Shown piece by piece: positions 9,005 through 17,657 of a stretch of 64,000 bases of DNA (positions are counted from its first letter, which is position 1; each line of letters starts with the position of its first letter). The stretch spans positions 17,479-81,478 of the forward strand of contig CAMONU010000006.1 in the NCBI GenBank assembly GCA_946620695.1. Direction: 5' to 3'. The notes beneath the pieces are model-generated. The model worked only from the letters and a program-made list of their open reading frames with translations, was not told the DNA's origin and did not search any database. Source of the stretch: an uncultured Lachnospiraceae bacterium (GTDB taxonomy: Bacteria; Bacillota; Clostridia; Lachnospirales; Lachnospiraceae). The translations under genes and the position numbers were made by a program.

Positions 9005-9922
9005 TCAGCGCATCTGGTTGATATAGCGGCAGGCGGCCAGGGCGGCAGTGGCTCCGTCGGCGACGGCCGTCGTCAGCTGGCGGACACTCTTGCTGCGGCA
9101 GTCTCCGGCCACATAGATCCCGGGCGTCTTTGTCAGGCAGTTTTCATCCGAGTCGAAATATCCGAAGCTGTTCAGATCCGCAAGATCCTTAAAGGCGTCG
9201 TTCTCCGGGATCAGGCCGATGGCGACAAAGAGGCCGTCACAGGCGATGTCCGCTGTGTTTCCGCTGTCATTTTTCAGGATCCTTACACCTTTCAGTTCCC
9301 CGTTTTCAACGAGAAGATCCGTGATCTTTACGCCTGTGAAGTTTCTGACGTTTGATCTGGAGAAGAGAACCTTCTGCAGGGTTTCTTCCCCGGTAAAGAA
9401 GGCAAGATCCTGGAGCATGATTACCTCCCGGCACTTGTCCGCAAGGAGGATGGCCTCCTGAAGGGCGGAGTTGCCGCCGCCGGCCACGCATACGGTTTTC
9501 CCGCTGTAGAAATCTCCGTCACAGACAGCGCAGAAGGAGATGCCTTCCCCGACAAGCTCATTCTCGCCTTCAAGACCCAGCATGCGGTGCTTTACACCTG
9601 AAGCGAGGATGACGGAAAGGCCTTCGAAGCTGCTGCCTTCCTCCGTGGAGACAATCCAGTGACCGTCCTTCGGAAGCACGGATGTAACCTTTTCAAACTC
9701 AATCTCAGCGCCCTGGGCCAGAATCTGATCCAGGGTCCTGTCGGCGAATTCATTCCCGCTCATGGACAGGGTTCCGGGATAATTCTCCACTCTGGGAGAA
9801 TGGGTGATCTGTCCGCCGAAGCCATTTTTCTCAATAACCAGAACTGTCTTGCCGTTCCGCCTGGCGTAGAGCGCCGCGGTCATGCCTGCGGGGCCGCCGC
9901 CGACAACGATAATATCATACAT
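9005..9922 (-). CDS. trxB: Thioredoxin reductase (FAD/NADPH disulfide reductase)
   Basis: GGGPAG, CAVCDG redox motif, GGGNSA, AGDC, QLTTAVADG. Confidence 0.9.
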   Translation of the reverse strand: MYDIIVVGGGPAGMTAALYARRNGKTVLVIEKNGFGGQITHSPRVENYPGTLSMSGNEFADRTLDQILAQGAEIEFEKVTSVLPKDGHWIVSTEEGSSFEGLSVILASGVKHRMLGLEGENELVGEGISFCAVCDGDFYSGKTVCVAGGGNSALQEAILLADKCREVIMLQDLAFFTGEETLQKVLFSRSNVRNFTGVKITDLLVENGELKGVRILKNDSGNTADIACDGLFVAIGLIPENDAFKDLADLNSFGYFDSDENCLTKTPGIYVAGDCRSKSVRQLTTAVADGATAALAACRYINQMR

Positions 9923-9986
9923 GGGATCTGCCTCACTGAAGATTTCACGCTTTCCGGATAAACCGGAAAGCGTGAATACTGGGGGG

Positions 9987-12542
9987 TTATCGATTCATAA
10001 GCCATCCCTTGATCTCGGATACGCCTTTGAACTTGACGAATCCGTCCTGATCAATCAGAACAAGGGTCGGCGCCTGTTTTACACCGTATTTGCCGACAAG
10101 TTCTTTCTCCTCGTTGGCGTTCAGCGGTTCATAGTCCACGCCTGCCCGGTCAAGGAGCGCGCCCGCCGCCTTGCAGTTGGGACATGTGGGCGTCTTGAAG
10201 AGAAGGATCGTGGAGCCGGTCAGTCCGGAAGCGTCCCGGAGAGAATCTTCAGCTGCTGCGTTTTCAGTCGCTGCAGACTCAGACTGCGCTGCTGCAGTCC
10301 CGGCAGGAACAGAGTGCTGCATCTGTGCATCCGCAGCAGGAGCTGCCTGTGCTGCCGCTGCGTTCTCCGCAGGAGCTGTCTGCACTGATGTCGCAGCGTT
10401 CTCAGCAGGAGCTGCCTGTGCCGCCGGCTCACTGTCCACCGGCGCCGGAAGCGGTCCGGTATGGGTCAGGTGAGAATGGCCGATATTGTACACCAGACGG
10501 TCCTTATACTCCTGGGCCTTGCCGTCGTTCCAGTTCTGGACCGGACGGTAATAACCGGTGATGCGGCTGTAAACCTCTGTCTTCTGGCCGCAGATGGGGC
10601 AGGTGAACTGCTCGCCGGTCAGATAGCCATGGTCCTTGCAGACCGAATAGGTCGGGGACATGGTGTAGTAAGGCAGCTTATAGTTTTCCGCGATCTTGCG
10701 GACCAGGTTCGCAGCTGCTTTCCAGTCCGGAAGCTTCTCACCAAGGAAGGCGTGGAAGACGGTTCCCGAGGTGTAGAGGGTCTGCAGGTCGTCCTGAATA
10801 TCCAGAGCGGAGAAGATGTCTTCGCTGTATCCCACCGGAAGATGGGAGGAATTCGTATAGTAGGGCGTTCCGTTCATATTCGCGGTAATGATATCCGGGA
10901 ACAGCTCCTTGTCGTGCTTTGCGAAGCGGTAGGTGGTGGACTCTGCCGGCGTTGCCTCCAGGTTGTAGAGGTCGCCGTACTTTTCCTGATAGTCGGAGAG
11001 GCGCTTGCGCATATGGTTGAGCACGTCGCGCGTGAAGCGCTGTACCCGGGCGTCCGTCAGATCCGCGCGCAGCCACTTGGCGTTCAGTCCCACCTCGTTC
11101 ATGCCGATCAGGCCGATGGTGGAGAAATGGTTGCTGAAGGTTCCGAGGTACCTCTTCGTATAGGGATAAAGTCCCTGCTCCAGAAGCTTGGTGATGACCG
11201 TTCTCTTGGTCTTCAGGCTGCGGGCGGACAGATCCATGAGTTTGTCCAGACGGTCGTAGAAATCGGCCTCATCCGCCGCCAGGTAAGCGATTCTGGGCAT
11301 GTTGATGGTCACGACGCCGATGGAACCGGTTGACTCTCCGGAACCGAAGAAGCCGCCGGACTTCTTGCGCAGCTCACGCAGGTCGAGGCGGAGTCTGCAG
11401 CACATGGAGCGGACGTCGCTGGGCTCCATGTCCGAATTGATATAGTTGGAGAAATACGGAGTGCCGTATTTGGCTGTCATCTCAAAGAGAAGCTTGTTGT
11501 TCTCGGTTTCGCTCCAGTCAAAGTCCCTTGTGATGGAGTAGGTCGGGATCGGATACTGGAATCCGCGGCCGTTGGCGTCGCCTTCGATCATGATCTCGAT
11601 GAAGGCCTTGTTCACCATATCCATCTCTTTCTGACAGTCGCCGTAGGTGAAATCCATCTCCCTGCCGCCGATGATGGCCGGAAGGTTCTTCAGGTCGTTC
11701 GGGCAGGTCCAGTCCAGGGTAATGTTGGAGAAAGGCGCCTGCGTGCCCCAGCGGCTGGGCGTATTCACGCCGTAGATGAAGGACTGGATGCACTGCTTGA
11801 CTTCCCTCTGGGACAGATTATCCACCTTGACAAAAGGCGCAAGGTAGGTGTCGAAGGAGGAAAATGCCTGCGCGCCGGCCCACTCATTCTGCATGATGCC
11901 GAGGAAGTTCACCATCTGGTTGCAGAGGGTGGAGAGGTGGTTGGCGGGAGAGGATGTGATCTTCCCCGGAACGCCCCCGAGTCCTTCCTGGATCAGCTGC
12001 TTCAGGCTCCAGCCCGCGCAGTATCCGGTAAGCATGGAAAGGTCGTGCAGATGGATCGCCGCACTGCGGTGCGCCCTGGCGACTTCATCGTCATAGACCT
12101 CGCTCAGCCAGTAGTTGGCCGTGATGGCGCCGGAGTTGGACAGAATCAGTCCGCCCACGGAGTAGGTGACTGTCGAATTCTCCTTGACGCGCCAGTCATT
12201 GATCTGCAGATAGTTGTCGATGACTTCCTTGTAGTTCAGGAGCGCGGAATTGACATTGCGCACCTTCTCGCGCTGTCTGCGGTACAGGATATATGCCTTG
12301 GCGACATCCGAATAACCGGACTCGGAGAGTACCTTCTCCACACTGTCCTGGATGTTCTCAACCGTGATCTGCTCGTCGATGATCTTGCTCTCGAAATCAG
12401 ATGTCACATGCAGCGCGATCAGTTCGATCACGCTCGGATGATACTGTTTATCCAGTGCGCGGAATGCCTTGGTGATGGCATCCGTTATCTTGCTGATCTG
12501 AAATTCTACAATCTGACCGTCTCTTTTTACTACTTTATACAA
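9987..12542 (-). CDS. nrdD: Class III anaerobic ribonucleoside-triphosphate reductase with N-terminal ATP cone and C-terminal glutaredoxin/NrdH-like domain
   Basis: YKVVKRDG ATP cone, RSMCCRL finger loop, CKDH/CPIC Zn site, YSRITGYYRPV glycyl-radical motif, Ala/Pro linker, then TCPNCK redoxin; likely TTG start at 12542 behind GGAAGGGGG. Confidence 0.95.
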   Translation of the reverse strand: MYKVVKRDGQIVEFQISKITDAITKAFRALDKQYHPSVIELIALHVTSDFESKIIDEQITVENIQDSVEKVLSESGYSDVAKAYILYRRQREKVRNVNSALLNYKEVIDNYLQINDWRVKENSTVTYSVGGLILSNSGAITANYWLSEVYDDEVARAHRSAAIHLHDLSMLTGYCAGWSLKQLIQEGLGGVPGKITSSPANHLSTLCNQMVNFLGIMQNEWAGAQAFSSFDTYLAPFVKVDNLSQREVKQCIQSFIYGVNTPSRWGTQAPFSNITLDWTCPNDLKNLPAIIGGREMDFTYGDCQKEMDMVNKAFIEIMIEGDANGRGFQYPIPTYSITRDFDWSETENNKLLFEMTAKYGTPYFSNYINSDMEPSDVRSMCCRLRLDLRELRKKSGGFFGSGESTGSIGVVTINMPRIAYLAADEADFYDRLDKLMDLSARSLKTKRTVITKLLEQGLYPYTKRYLGTFSNHFSTIGLIGMNEVGLNAKWLRADLTDARVQRFTRDVLNHMRKRLSDYQEKYGDLYNLEATPAESTTYRFAKHDKELFPDIITANMNGTPYYTNSSHLPVGYSEDIFSALDIQDDLQTLYTSGTVFHAFLGEKLPDWKAAANLVRKIAENYKLPYYTMSPTYSVCKDHGYLTGEQFTCPICGQKTEVYSRITGYYRPVQNWNDGKAQEYKDRLVYNIGHSHLTHTGPLPAPVDSEPAAQAAPAENAATSVQTAPAENAAAAQAAPAADAQMQHSVPAGTAAAQSESAATENAAAEDSLRDASGLTGSTILLFKTPTCPNCKAAGALLDRAGVDYEPLNANEEKELVGKYGVKQAPTLVLIDQDGFVKFKGVSEIKGWLMNR

Positions 12543-12637
12543 AGCCGAATAGCCCCCTTCCATGTGTATGCACGGCGTTATGATCTTTGTACTGACCTCA
12601 GCCGTGCAGAATCAATGATAGCACCGGAGGGAGAATA

Positions 12638-12685
12638 AATCAATATCTTCTTGCTGTTAATTTAAAAACATACCAGATATGGTGT
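12638..12685. promoter_or_regulatory. Tandem NrdR boxes upstream of nrdD
   Basis: ACACCATATCTGGTAT (minus strand, 12670-12685) and weaker AATCAATATCTTCTTG (12638-12653), 32 bp apart; consensus acaCwAtATaTwGtgt. Confidence 0.65.
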
Positions 12686-12848
12686 TTTCAGAATAGTCTG
12701 TTAACTCACGGAAACCCAGCATCCATGCGCTTTCCGGCTTTCCGGGGCTGCTCTGGCGGAGCTGGTGTCCTCCCATATATAGGGCCGGCGGGGCCGGGCC
12801 GTGATGTACCCGGTCACTGGCAAAGCAGACAGAGAGAACACAGCAGGA

Positions 12849-13541
12849 TCAGCCAACGCCGCGCAGGCTAGTGTCCGGGACATAGCTGCGTACGATCCCG
12901 GCATAGCGCTCGAGATCCTGCGGGGAGGGGGCGTGGAGGTTCCCGTAGGGGACCGACTCCCGGTCCGTGAAGCACTGAAGGAAATAGCGGCGGGCACCGG
13001 CAATCATTCTGCCGATTTCTTCAAAGTCACTGTCTTCATGGAATTCTCTGACAACCGTTGTCCGGAATTCGTAGTCTGTGTCCCCTTTCATAAGCATGGA
13101 GACCGACTGCCGGATCCTGCTCAGGTCAAATTCGGAGCGGCCGATGGTGAGGGCATATTTGGCCGGACTGTTTTTGATGTCCATCGCGATATAATCCGCG
13201 AGCTTTTCCTCCAGAATCCTCTGCAGGAGTTCCGGATGATTTCCGTTTGTGTCAAGCTTGACTGCGTAGCCCATCGCCCTGATCTTTTTCAGCATTTCCG
13301 GCAGGTCCCTGTGCAGGCAGGGCTCGCCGCCCGTGATTGCCACGCCGTCCAGAAGACCCTGCCTTTTTTTCAGGAAATCAAAAAGCTGTTCCTCCTCCAT
13401 CAGTGCGGGGGCGGAACCGTCAACCAGTTCATAATTATGGCAGAAGGGGCAGCGGAAATCGCACTGTCCCAGAAAGACCGTGCAGGCAACCCTCCCCGGA
13501 AAATCAAGCAGCGTCATTTTCTGCAGGCCGTGTATTTTCAT
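12849..13541 (-). CDS. nrdG: Anaerobic RNR activating enzyme (radical SAM)
   Basis: CDFRCPFCHN CxxxCxxC motif, ITGGEP, KLDTNG; adjacent to nrdD. Confidence 0.92.
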   Translation of the reverse strand: MKIHGLQKMTLLDFPGRVACTVFLGQCDFRCPFCHNYELVDGSAPALMEEEQLFDFLKKRQGLLDGVAITGGEPCLHRDLPEMLKKIRAMGYAVKLDTNGNHPELLQRILEEKLADYIAMDIKNSPAKYALTIGRSEFDLSRIRQSVSMLMKGDTDYEFRTTVVREFHEDSDFEEIGRMIAGARRYFLQCFTDRESVPYGNLHAPSPQDLERYAGIVRSYVPDTSLRGVG

Positions 13542-13632
13542 ATCGGATCCTCCTCTTCCTTATTCCCGGCAATTATCCGATATTTTTCATCCGCTTACAA
13601 GTGGGAACATGTTTTTGCCCCTTCGTTACTCT

Positions 13633-13701
13633 ATTCATGGGCTGTTTGAAATCGGGTTCCGGTTCGTCGTGCCTGCAGGGGAAACAGGTTCTGATTTCAA
13701 A
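13633..13701 (+). mobile_element. Dispersed MITE/REP-like element, copy B (right arm truncated)
   Basis: ATTCATGGGCTGTTTGAAATCGGGTTCCGGTTCGTCGTGCCTGCAGGGGAAACAGGTTCTGATTTCAAA. Confidence 0.85.
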
Positions 13702-13986
13702 TTATATTTTCCGTCAGGAGAGGTCCTTGAAGGGAAGGCAGCGGACGGGACTGGCAGTCAGTTTCACGCAGATGCGGCTGCAGATGAACAGGCGGCAGCA
13801 GGAGGGGCAGATCTTCATGGACATTGCGGCGCTGCGATGCTAAAATATAAACGCTTTGCAGGTAATTCAATGGCCTGCCGGAACGGGCCCGCCGTGAGGA
13901 AGCCGGGTGCATGGGCGCATGGTTCATTCTATGGCCTGCTGGAGAGGGCAGACTGGAAAGATAAAGGATACGGAGGAAAGAAAAAC

Positions 13987-15408
13987 ATGGGAAAAGAGCC
14001 GGAGTATAAACAGAAACTGGACGCCTGGATCGACGCGCACACAGATGAGATGATCGGGGATCTGAAGACCCTGGTGCGCATTAATTCCGTGAGAGGTGAG
14101 GCGAAGGAAGGGATGCCCTACGGGGAAGGCCCTGCCGCAGTGGTCGCGGCCATGGAGAAACTGATGGCGTCCTACGGCCTGTCTGTCACCAACTATGAAA
14201 ATTACTGTGTGACGGGCGACCTTAATGGTGCCGGGGAGAAGGCGCTGGATATCCTGGCCCATCTGGATGTGGTGCCGGTCTCTGAAGACTGGACCGTGAC
14301 GAAGCCATTTGAGCCCCTGGTCGTCGGGGACAGGATCTACGGGCGCGGAACATGCGACGATAAAGGACCGGGCGTGGCGGCCCTGTATGCCGTCAGAGCA
14401 GTGAAAGAGCTGGGATTTGCTTTAAAACGCGGTGTGAGGCTGGTCTACGGCTCCGACGAGGAGTGCGGCTCCTCGGATCTGGAATATTACTACAGCAAAG
14501 AGAAAGAGGCGGAATATACCTTCTCGCCCGACGCGAATTTCCCGCTGATCAATATCGAGAAGGCACGTCTTTCCAGGAGCTTCTGCGCTGAGGCTGCGCA
14601 GGGAGAGGGAAGGCCGGCCCTTGTCAGCATCGAGGCGGGCAGCAAGGCGAACGTGGTTCCGGGCAAGGCGGAAGCGGTATTTGAGGGCCTGAAGGAAGAG
14701 GATCTGGCAAAAGCGGTGAAGCAGCTGGAGGAAGAGACCGGCGTGACGGTCAGCTGTACATCGGACGGGGGCCGCTGCAGCGTGGAACTGAAAGGTGCCG
14801 CCGGCCATGCGGCAAGCCCGGCAGCGGGCAATAATGCCCTTACAGCCCTCCTGAGACTGATTGAGCTTCTTCCCCTTGCAGCCGGCCCGGCCGCGGATAG
14901 GATGCATGCCCTGGCGAGGCTGTTCCCGCACGGTGACTGGCGCGGGGAGGCTCTGAAGGTCGCCATGAGCGACGAGGAGAGCGGCAGTCTCACGCTCAGC
15001 CTGGATGTGCTGAATTATAAAGACGGAAAGATTGAGGGAATCTTTGACTGCCGGGCGCCTCTCTGCGCGACGGAGGAGAATCTGACCTGTGTCATGCGGA
15101 AGGCCCTTGCGGAAGCAGGATTTTCCATGGAGGAAGGCGGCATGACACCCGCCCATGCGGTCAGCGCGGACTCCTTCTTTGTGCGTACGCTCCTTGACTG
15201 CTACGAACTATACTCCGGCCGGAAGGGGAAGACCCTGGCGATCGGCGGCGGGACCTACGTTCATGAGCTGGAGCGCGGAGTCGCCTTCGGATGCGCGGAG
15301 GAGGGCGTGGATACCCATATGCACGGAGATGACGAGTACATGAAGATTTCCATCATGGTGATGAGCGCCAAGATTTTCGCGGACGCGATCCTGCGCCTCT
15401 GCATGTAA
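13987..15408 (+). CDS. pepV: M20 family dipeptidase (PepV/Sapep-like)
   Basis: LAHLDVVP, GRGTCDDKG, SDEECGS, HMHGDDE motifs; GGAGG RBS before ATG 13987. Confidence 0.87.
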   Translation: MGKEPEYKQKLDAWIDAHTDEMIGDLKTLVRINSVRGEAKEGMPYGEGPAAVVAAMEKLMASYGLSVTNYENYCVTGDLNGAGEKALDILAHLDVVPVSEDWTVTKPFEPLVVGDRIYGRGTCDDKGPGVAALYAVRAVKELGFALKRGVRLVYGSDEECGSSDLEYYYSKEKEAEYTFSPDANFPLINIEKARLSRSFCAEAAQGEGRPALVSIEAGSKANVVPGKAEAVFEGLKEEDLAKAVKQLEEETGVTVSCTSDGGRCSVELKGAAGHAASPAAGNNALTALLRLIELLPLAAGPAADRMHALARLFPHGDWRGEALKVAMSDEESGSLTLSLDVLNYKDGKIEGIFDCRAPLCATEENLTCVMRKALAEAGFSMEEGGMTPAHAVSADSFFVRTLLDCYELYSGRKGKTLAIGGGTYVHELERGVAFGCAEEGVDTHMHGDDEYMKISIMVMSAKIFADAILRLCM

Positions 15409-15464
15409 GGAAAAACAAAGCATCCGTCTTATACTTTATCAAGAGTGCCTGCGCCTCTGCATGT
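15390..15464 (+). repeat. 17-bp direct repeat of the pepV 3' end
   Basis: CCTGCGCCTCTGCATGT at 15390 and 15448. Confidence 0.85.
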
Positions 15465-15479
15465 TAAGAAAAAGATACT

Positions 15480-15511
15480 GTTCACGGCCTGATCTGTTGA
15501 GGGCCGTGAAC
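15480..15511. mobile_element. Mini-hairpin made only of the two outer ends of the dispersed element
   Basis: GTTCACGGCC-12 nt-GGCCGTGAAC; both arms match the element terminus TTCACGGCC. Confidence 0.55.
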
Positions 15512-15537
15512 GGAGCAGCAGGGAAAAGACGATAAAA

Positions 15538-15576
15538 AGGCCGCGGAGAGATGAACATTTCATCTTTCCGCGGCCT
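15538..15576. terminator. Long hairpin between convergent genes, probable bidirectional terminator
   Basis: AGGCCGCGGAGAGATGAA / TTCATCTTTCCGCGGCCT. Confidence 0.7.
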
Positions 15577-15595
15577 CTCTGTATCAGAACGAAGT

Positions 15596-16075
15596 TCAGA
15601 ATCCGGCTTCCTTCAGAAGATCGCCGGCCTCGTCATAGTCGTCGCAGACGACCAGTACGGCGTAGCTGCCGGAGCTCTTGATGATCGCGTCTGCCAGCTT
15701 TCCGACCTCGTCGGCGTTGTAGCTCTCGTAGAGCTTGGACTGGTTGTTGACGCGGGTCTGGAAGAGCTCTGTCACGGCTTTTGCGGCGTTCTCGTCCACG
15801 CATTTGACCACACAGATCTCGTCCGCCGTCGCACCGGAACTCATATAGGTTTTGCTCTCATTCACCTGTCCGTCCTCAAAGAAATAGATCGTCGGGAGCA
15901 TATCCGGGTTTGTCTCGGTGAGTACGTCAGACTTGATCGTCTTCGCGTTCAGATCATCCGCCAGACCGGCGACATCGACGGTGGACTTGGAGCCCCCGCC
16001 CTGGCAGGCTGTGAGAGAAAATGCCGCAATCATGGCTGCCGCAAAAGTAAGGATCGTTTTTCCGAATTTTTTCAT
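15596..16075 (-). CDS. Lipoprotein, DUF4358-like
   Basis: MKKFGK signal with LTAC lipobox; ADEICVVK, RVNNQSKLYESYNADEV pattern; sits with MBOAT/DHHW/SGNH genes. Confidence 0.65.
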   Translation of the reverse strand: MKKFGKTILTFAAAMIAAFSLTACQGGGSKSTVDVAGLADDLNAKTIKSDVLTETNPDMLPTIYFFEDGQVNESKTYMSSGATADEICVVKCVDENAAKAVTELFQTRVNNQSKLYESYNADEVGKLADAIIKSSGSYAVLVVCDDYDEAGDLLKEAGF

Positions 16076-16110
16076 AGCTATTCTTACCCCCATAGCTGAT
16101 TATGATTACT

Positions 16111-16152
16111 ATTCACGGCCTGTTTGAAATCGGGTTCTGGTTCGTTGTGAAT
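16111..16152 (+). mobile_element. Dispersed MITE/REP-like element, copy C (internally shortened)
   Basis: ATTCACGGCCTGTTTGAAATCGGGTTCTGGTTCGTTGTGAAT. Confidence 0.8.
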
Positions 16153-16196
16153 AGTAATAACCCCTTATGTCGCTGCCTGCCCGGCAGTCCGCCGGA

Positions 16197-17357
16197 TCAG
16201 TTGACCGCGATCACGGATGCCGCTGTATTCTCTGTTTCTTCTTCCTGCGAAGACGCAGCGGGCGCGGAGGATGCCGCGGAAGAAGTCCCCGTCTCTCCAT
16301 GTGCCGCAAGCGTGTCGGCCCACACCGTATCCGGTAGGTAATGCCCCTTCAGATAGGAGAGCATCTGCTCACAGTACTTCGGATAAAGGTGGATTCCGTC
16401 GTTGGAAGCCTCCGGAATCAGAGCGCCGTATCCGTTGGTGAAGATCTCATTCAGATTCAGGTACCAGGCGAACCACAGATTCTCGCAGGCGGAGAGAATA
16501 TAACCGTTGATCGTCCGTACGTTATTGTTGTTGTCGTATTCGTAGCCGGCGGCAATCCTGGATTCGTCCACATAGATGACGGAGCATACATAGACGATCG
16601 CATGGGGCTGCAGCTGGTGGAACTGATTCAGCACATTTTCAAAGGCCGGCTGGAAATCCTCCCAGGGATAATACCCCAGGTCGTTGGCTCCGAGCATCAG
16701 GTAGATGCGGTCGTACTGCCGGCCGCTCAGACCCTGGTAGACGGAGATCATGCCGTCCGAGGTGGAGATGATCTGCTTGCCCATATCGGAACTGTTCAGG
16801 CCGATCGCGGTCAGGAAGGTTCCCTGGGTGATGCCGGACGCGTTCCGGAAGCCCTCCATGCGGGAGTCTCCGATAAATACCGCGTTGGCAAAATAGGAGT
16901 CATCCACCGGCGGAGACGTCTCTTCTACAACTGCGGGAGAATCGATCTCCTCTGAGATCCGGTAGGGATCTGTTACCGTCTCTTCTTCCTTGACGGGCGA
17001 ACTGACGACTGTGCTGGCAAGGCCTGCCAGGCCCGCGTCAGGAGTGGTTCCGTTCTGGAGCGAATCCGATACGTCCACGGCCGGAACCGTGTCTGCGATG
17101 GAACTGTCAGCTGAGACGGCCGTGGTGCCTTCTGCCGCAGTGCCCTGCGTACCGCTGTCGGAAACGACTTCAATCCTTGATCCCATCCTGTGAGTGAAGA
17201 GCATGTAGATCACATTGCCTTCAAATACGGCCAGGACCACAAAAACCAGAAGGAGCAGCTGCGGGATCATATATTTCCCCGGAACAGAGCGCCTTCTCTG
17301 CGTTCTTTTTCTCTTTACGCTGCCGGAACGTCCGGATTGCGTTTTTCTCTCTGCCAT
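16197..17357 (-). CDS. Membrane-anchored SGNH/GDSL hydrolase family protein
   Basis: N-terminal basic region plus one TM helix, Ser/Thr/Ala linker, FIGDSR, LGAND, DGIH catalytic blocks. Confidence 0.82.
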   Translation of the reverse strand: MAERKTQSGRSGSVKRKRTQRRRSVPGKYMIPQLLLLVFVVLAVFEGNVIYMLFTHRMGSRIEVVSDSGTQGTAAEGTTAVSADSSIADTVPAVDVSDSLQNGTTPDAGLAGLASTVVSSPVKEEETVTDPYRISEEIDSPAVVEETSPPVDDSYFANAVFIGDSRMEGFRNASGITQGTFLTAIGLNSSDMGKQIISTSDGMISVYQGLSGRQYDRIYLMLGANDLGYYPWEDFQPAFENVLNQFHQLQPHAIVYVCSVIYVDESRIAAGYEYDNNNNVRTINGYILSACENLWFAWYLNLNEIFTNGYGALIPEASNDGIHLYPKYCEQMLSYLKGHYLPDTVWADTLAAHGETGTSSAASSAPAASSQEEETENTAASVIAVN

Positions 17358-17378
17358 TGTCTTCTATATCTCAAAAAC

Positions 17379-17394
17379 ACACCATATATAGTGT
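17379..17394. promoter_or_regulatory. Near-consensus NrdR-box-like palindrome
   Basis: ACACCATATATAGTGT, 15/16 to acaCwAtATaTwGtgt; no clear second box. Confidence 0.45.
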
Positions 17395-17471
17395 GAAAAT
17401 AGAACAGCCGCGCACAACAATCTAATATTATATTAAAACAGGTACATTTTCAAGCCCGTACAGCGGCATTG

Positions 17472-17500
17472 TTGACTTTTCATTTCTTTAATAATATTAT
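17472..17500 (+). promoter_or_regulatory. Sigma-A type promoter for the MBOAT operon
   Basis: TTGACT-17 bp-TATTAT. Confidence 0.6.
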
Positions 17501-17515
17501 ATCCGCGATGTTATG

Positions 17516-17596
17516 ATTCACAGCCTGTCTGAAATCAGGTTACGGTTTGCCGTGCCTGCGGGAGAAACAGCTTCTGATTTCAGAGAAGCCGTGAAT
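17516..17596 (+). mobile_element. Dispersed MITE/REP-like element, copy D (complete, 81 bp)
   Basis: Left arm ATTCACAGCCTGTCTGAAATCAG; right arm CTGATTTCAGAGAAGCCGTGAAT (23-bp imperfect inverted repeat); core GTTACGGTTTGCCGTGCCTGCGGGAGAAACAG. Confidence 0.85.
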
Positions 17597-17657
17597 CGTC
17601 ACTTTTCAGACCGACGGGACGGCGTTTCGGGCGCCGTTTTTTAAGAGGTTTATCAAT

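Noticed and set aside
13480-13986. 169-aa N-terminal extension of pepV in the ORF track
   Set aside because: Runs through the dispersed element and low-complexity spacer; a good RBS and the family N-terminus start at ATG 13987
15390-15464. pepV 3'-end direct repeat as attL/attR of an integrated element
   Set aside because: Only ~41 bp lie between the copies and there is no integrase; fits the local duplication pattern better
17516-17596. GCCTGTCTGAA in the element as a Neisseria-type DNA uptake sequence
   Set aside because: Imperfect match, varies between copies, and is part of a longer conserved element; host is a Firmicute
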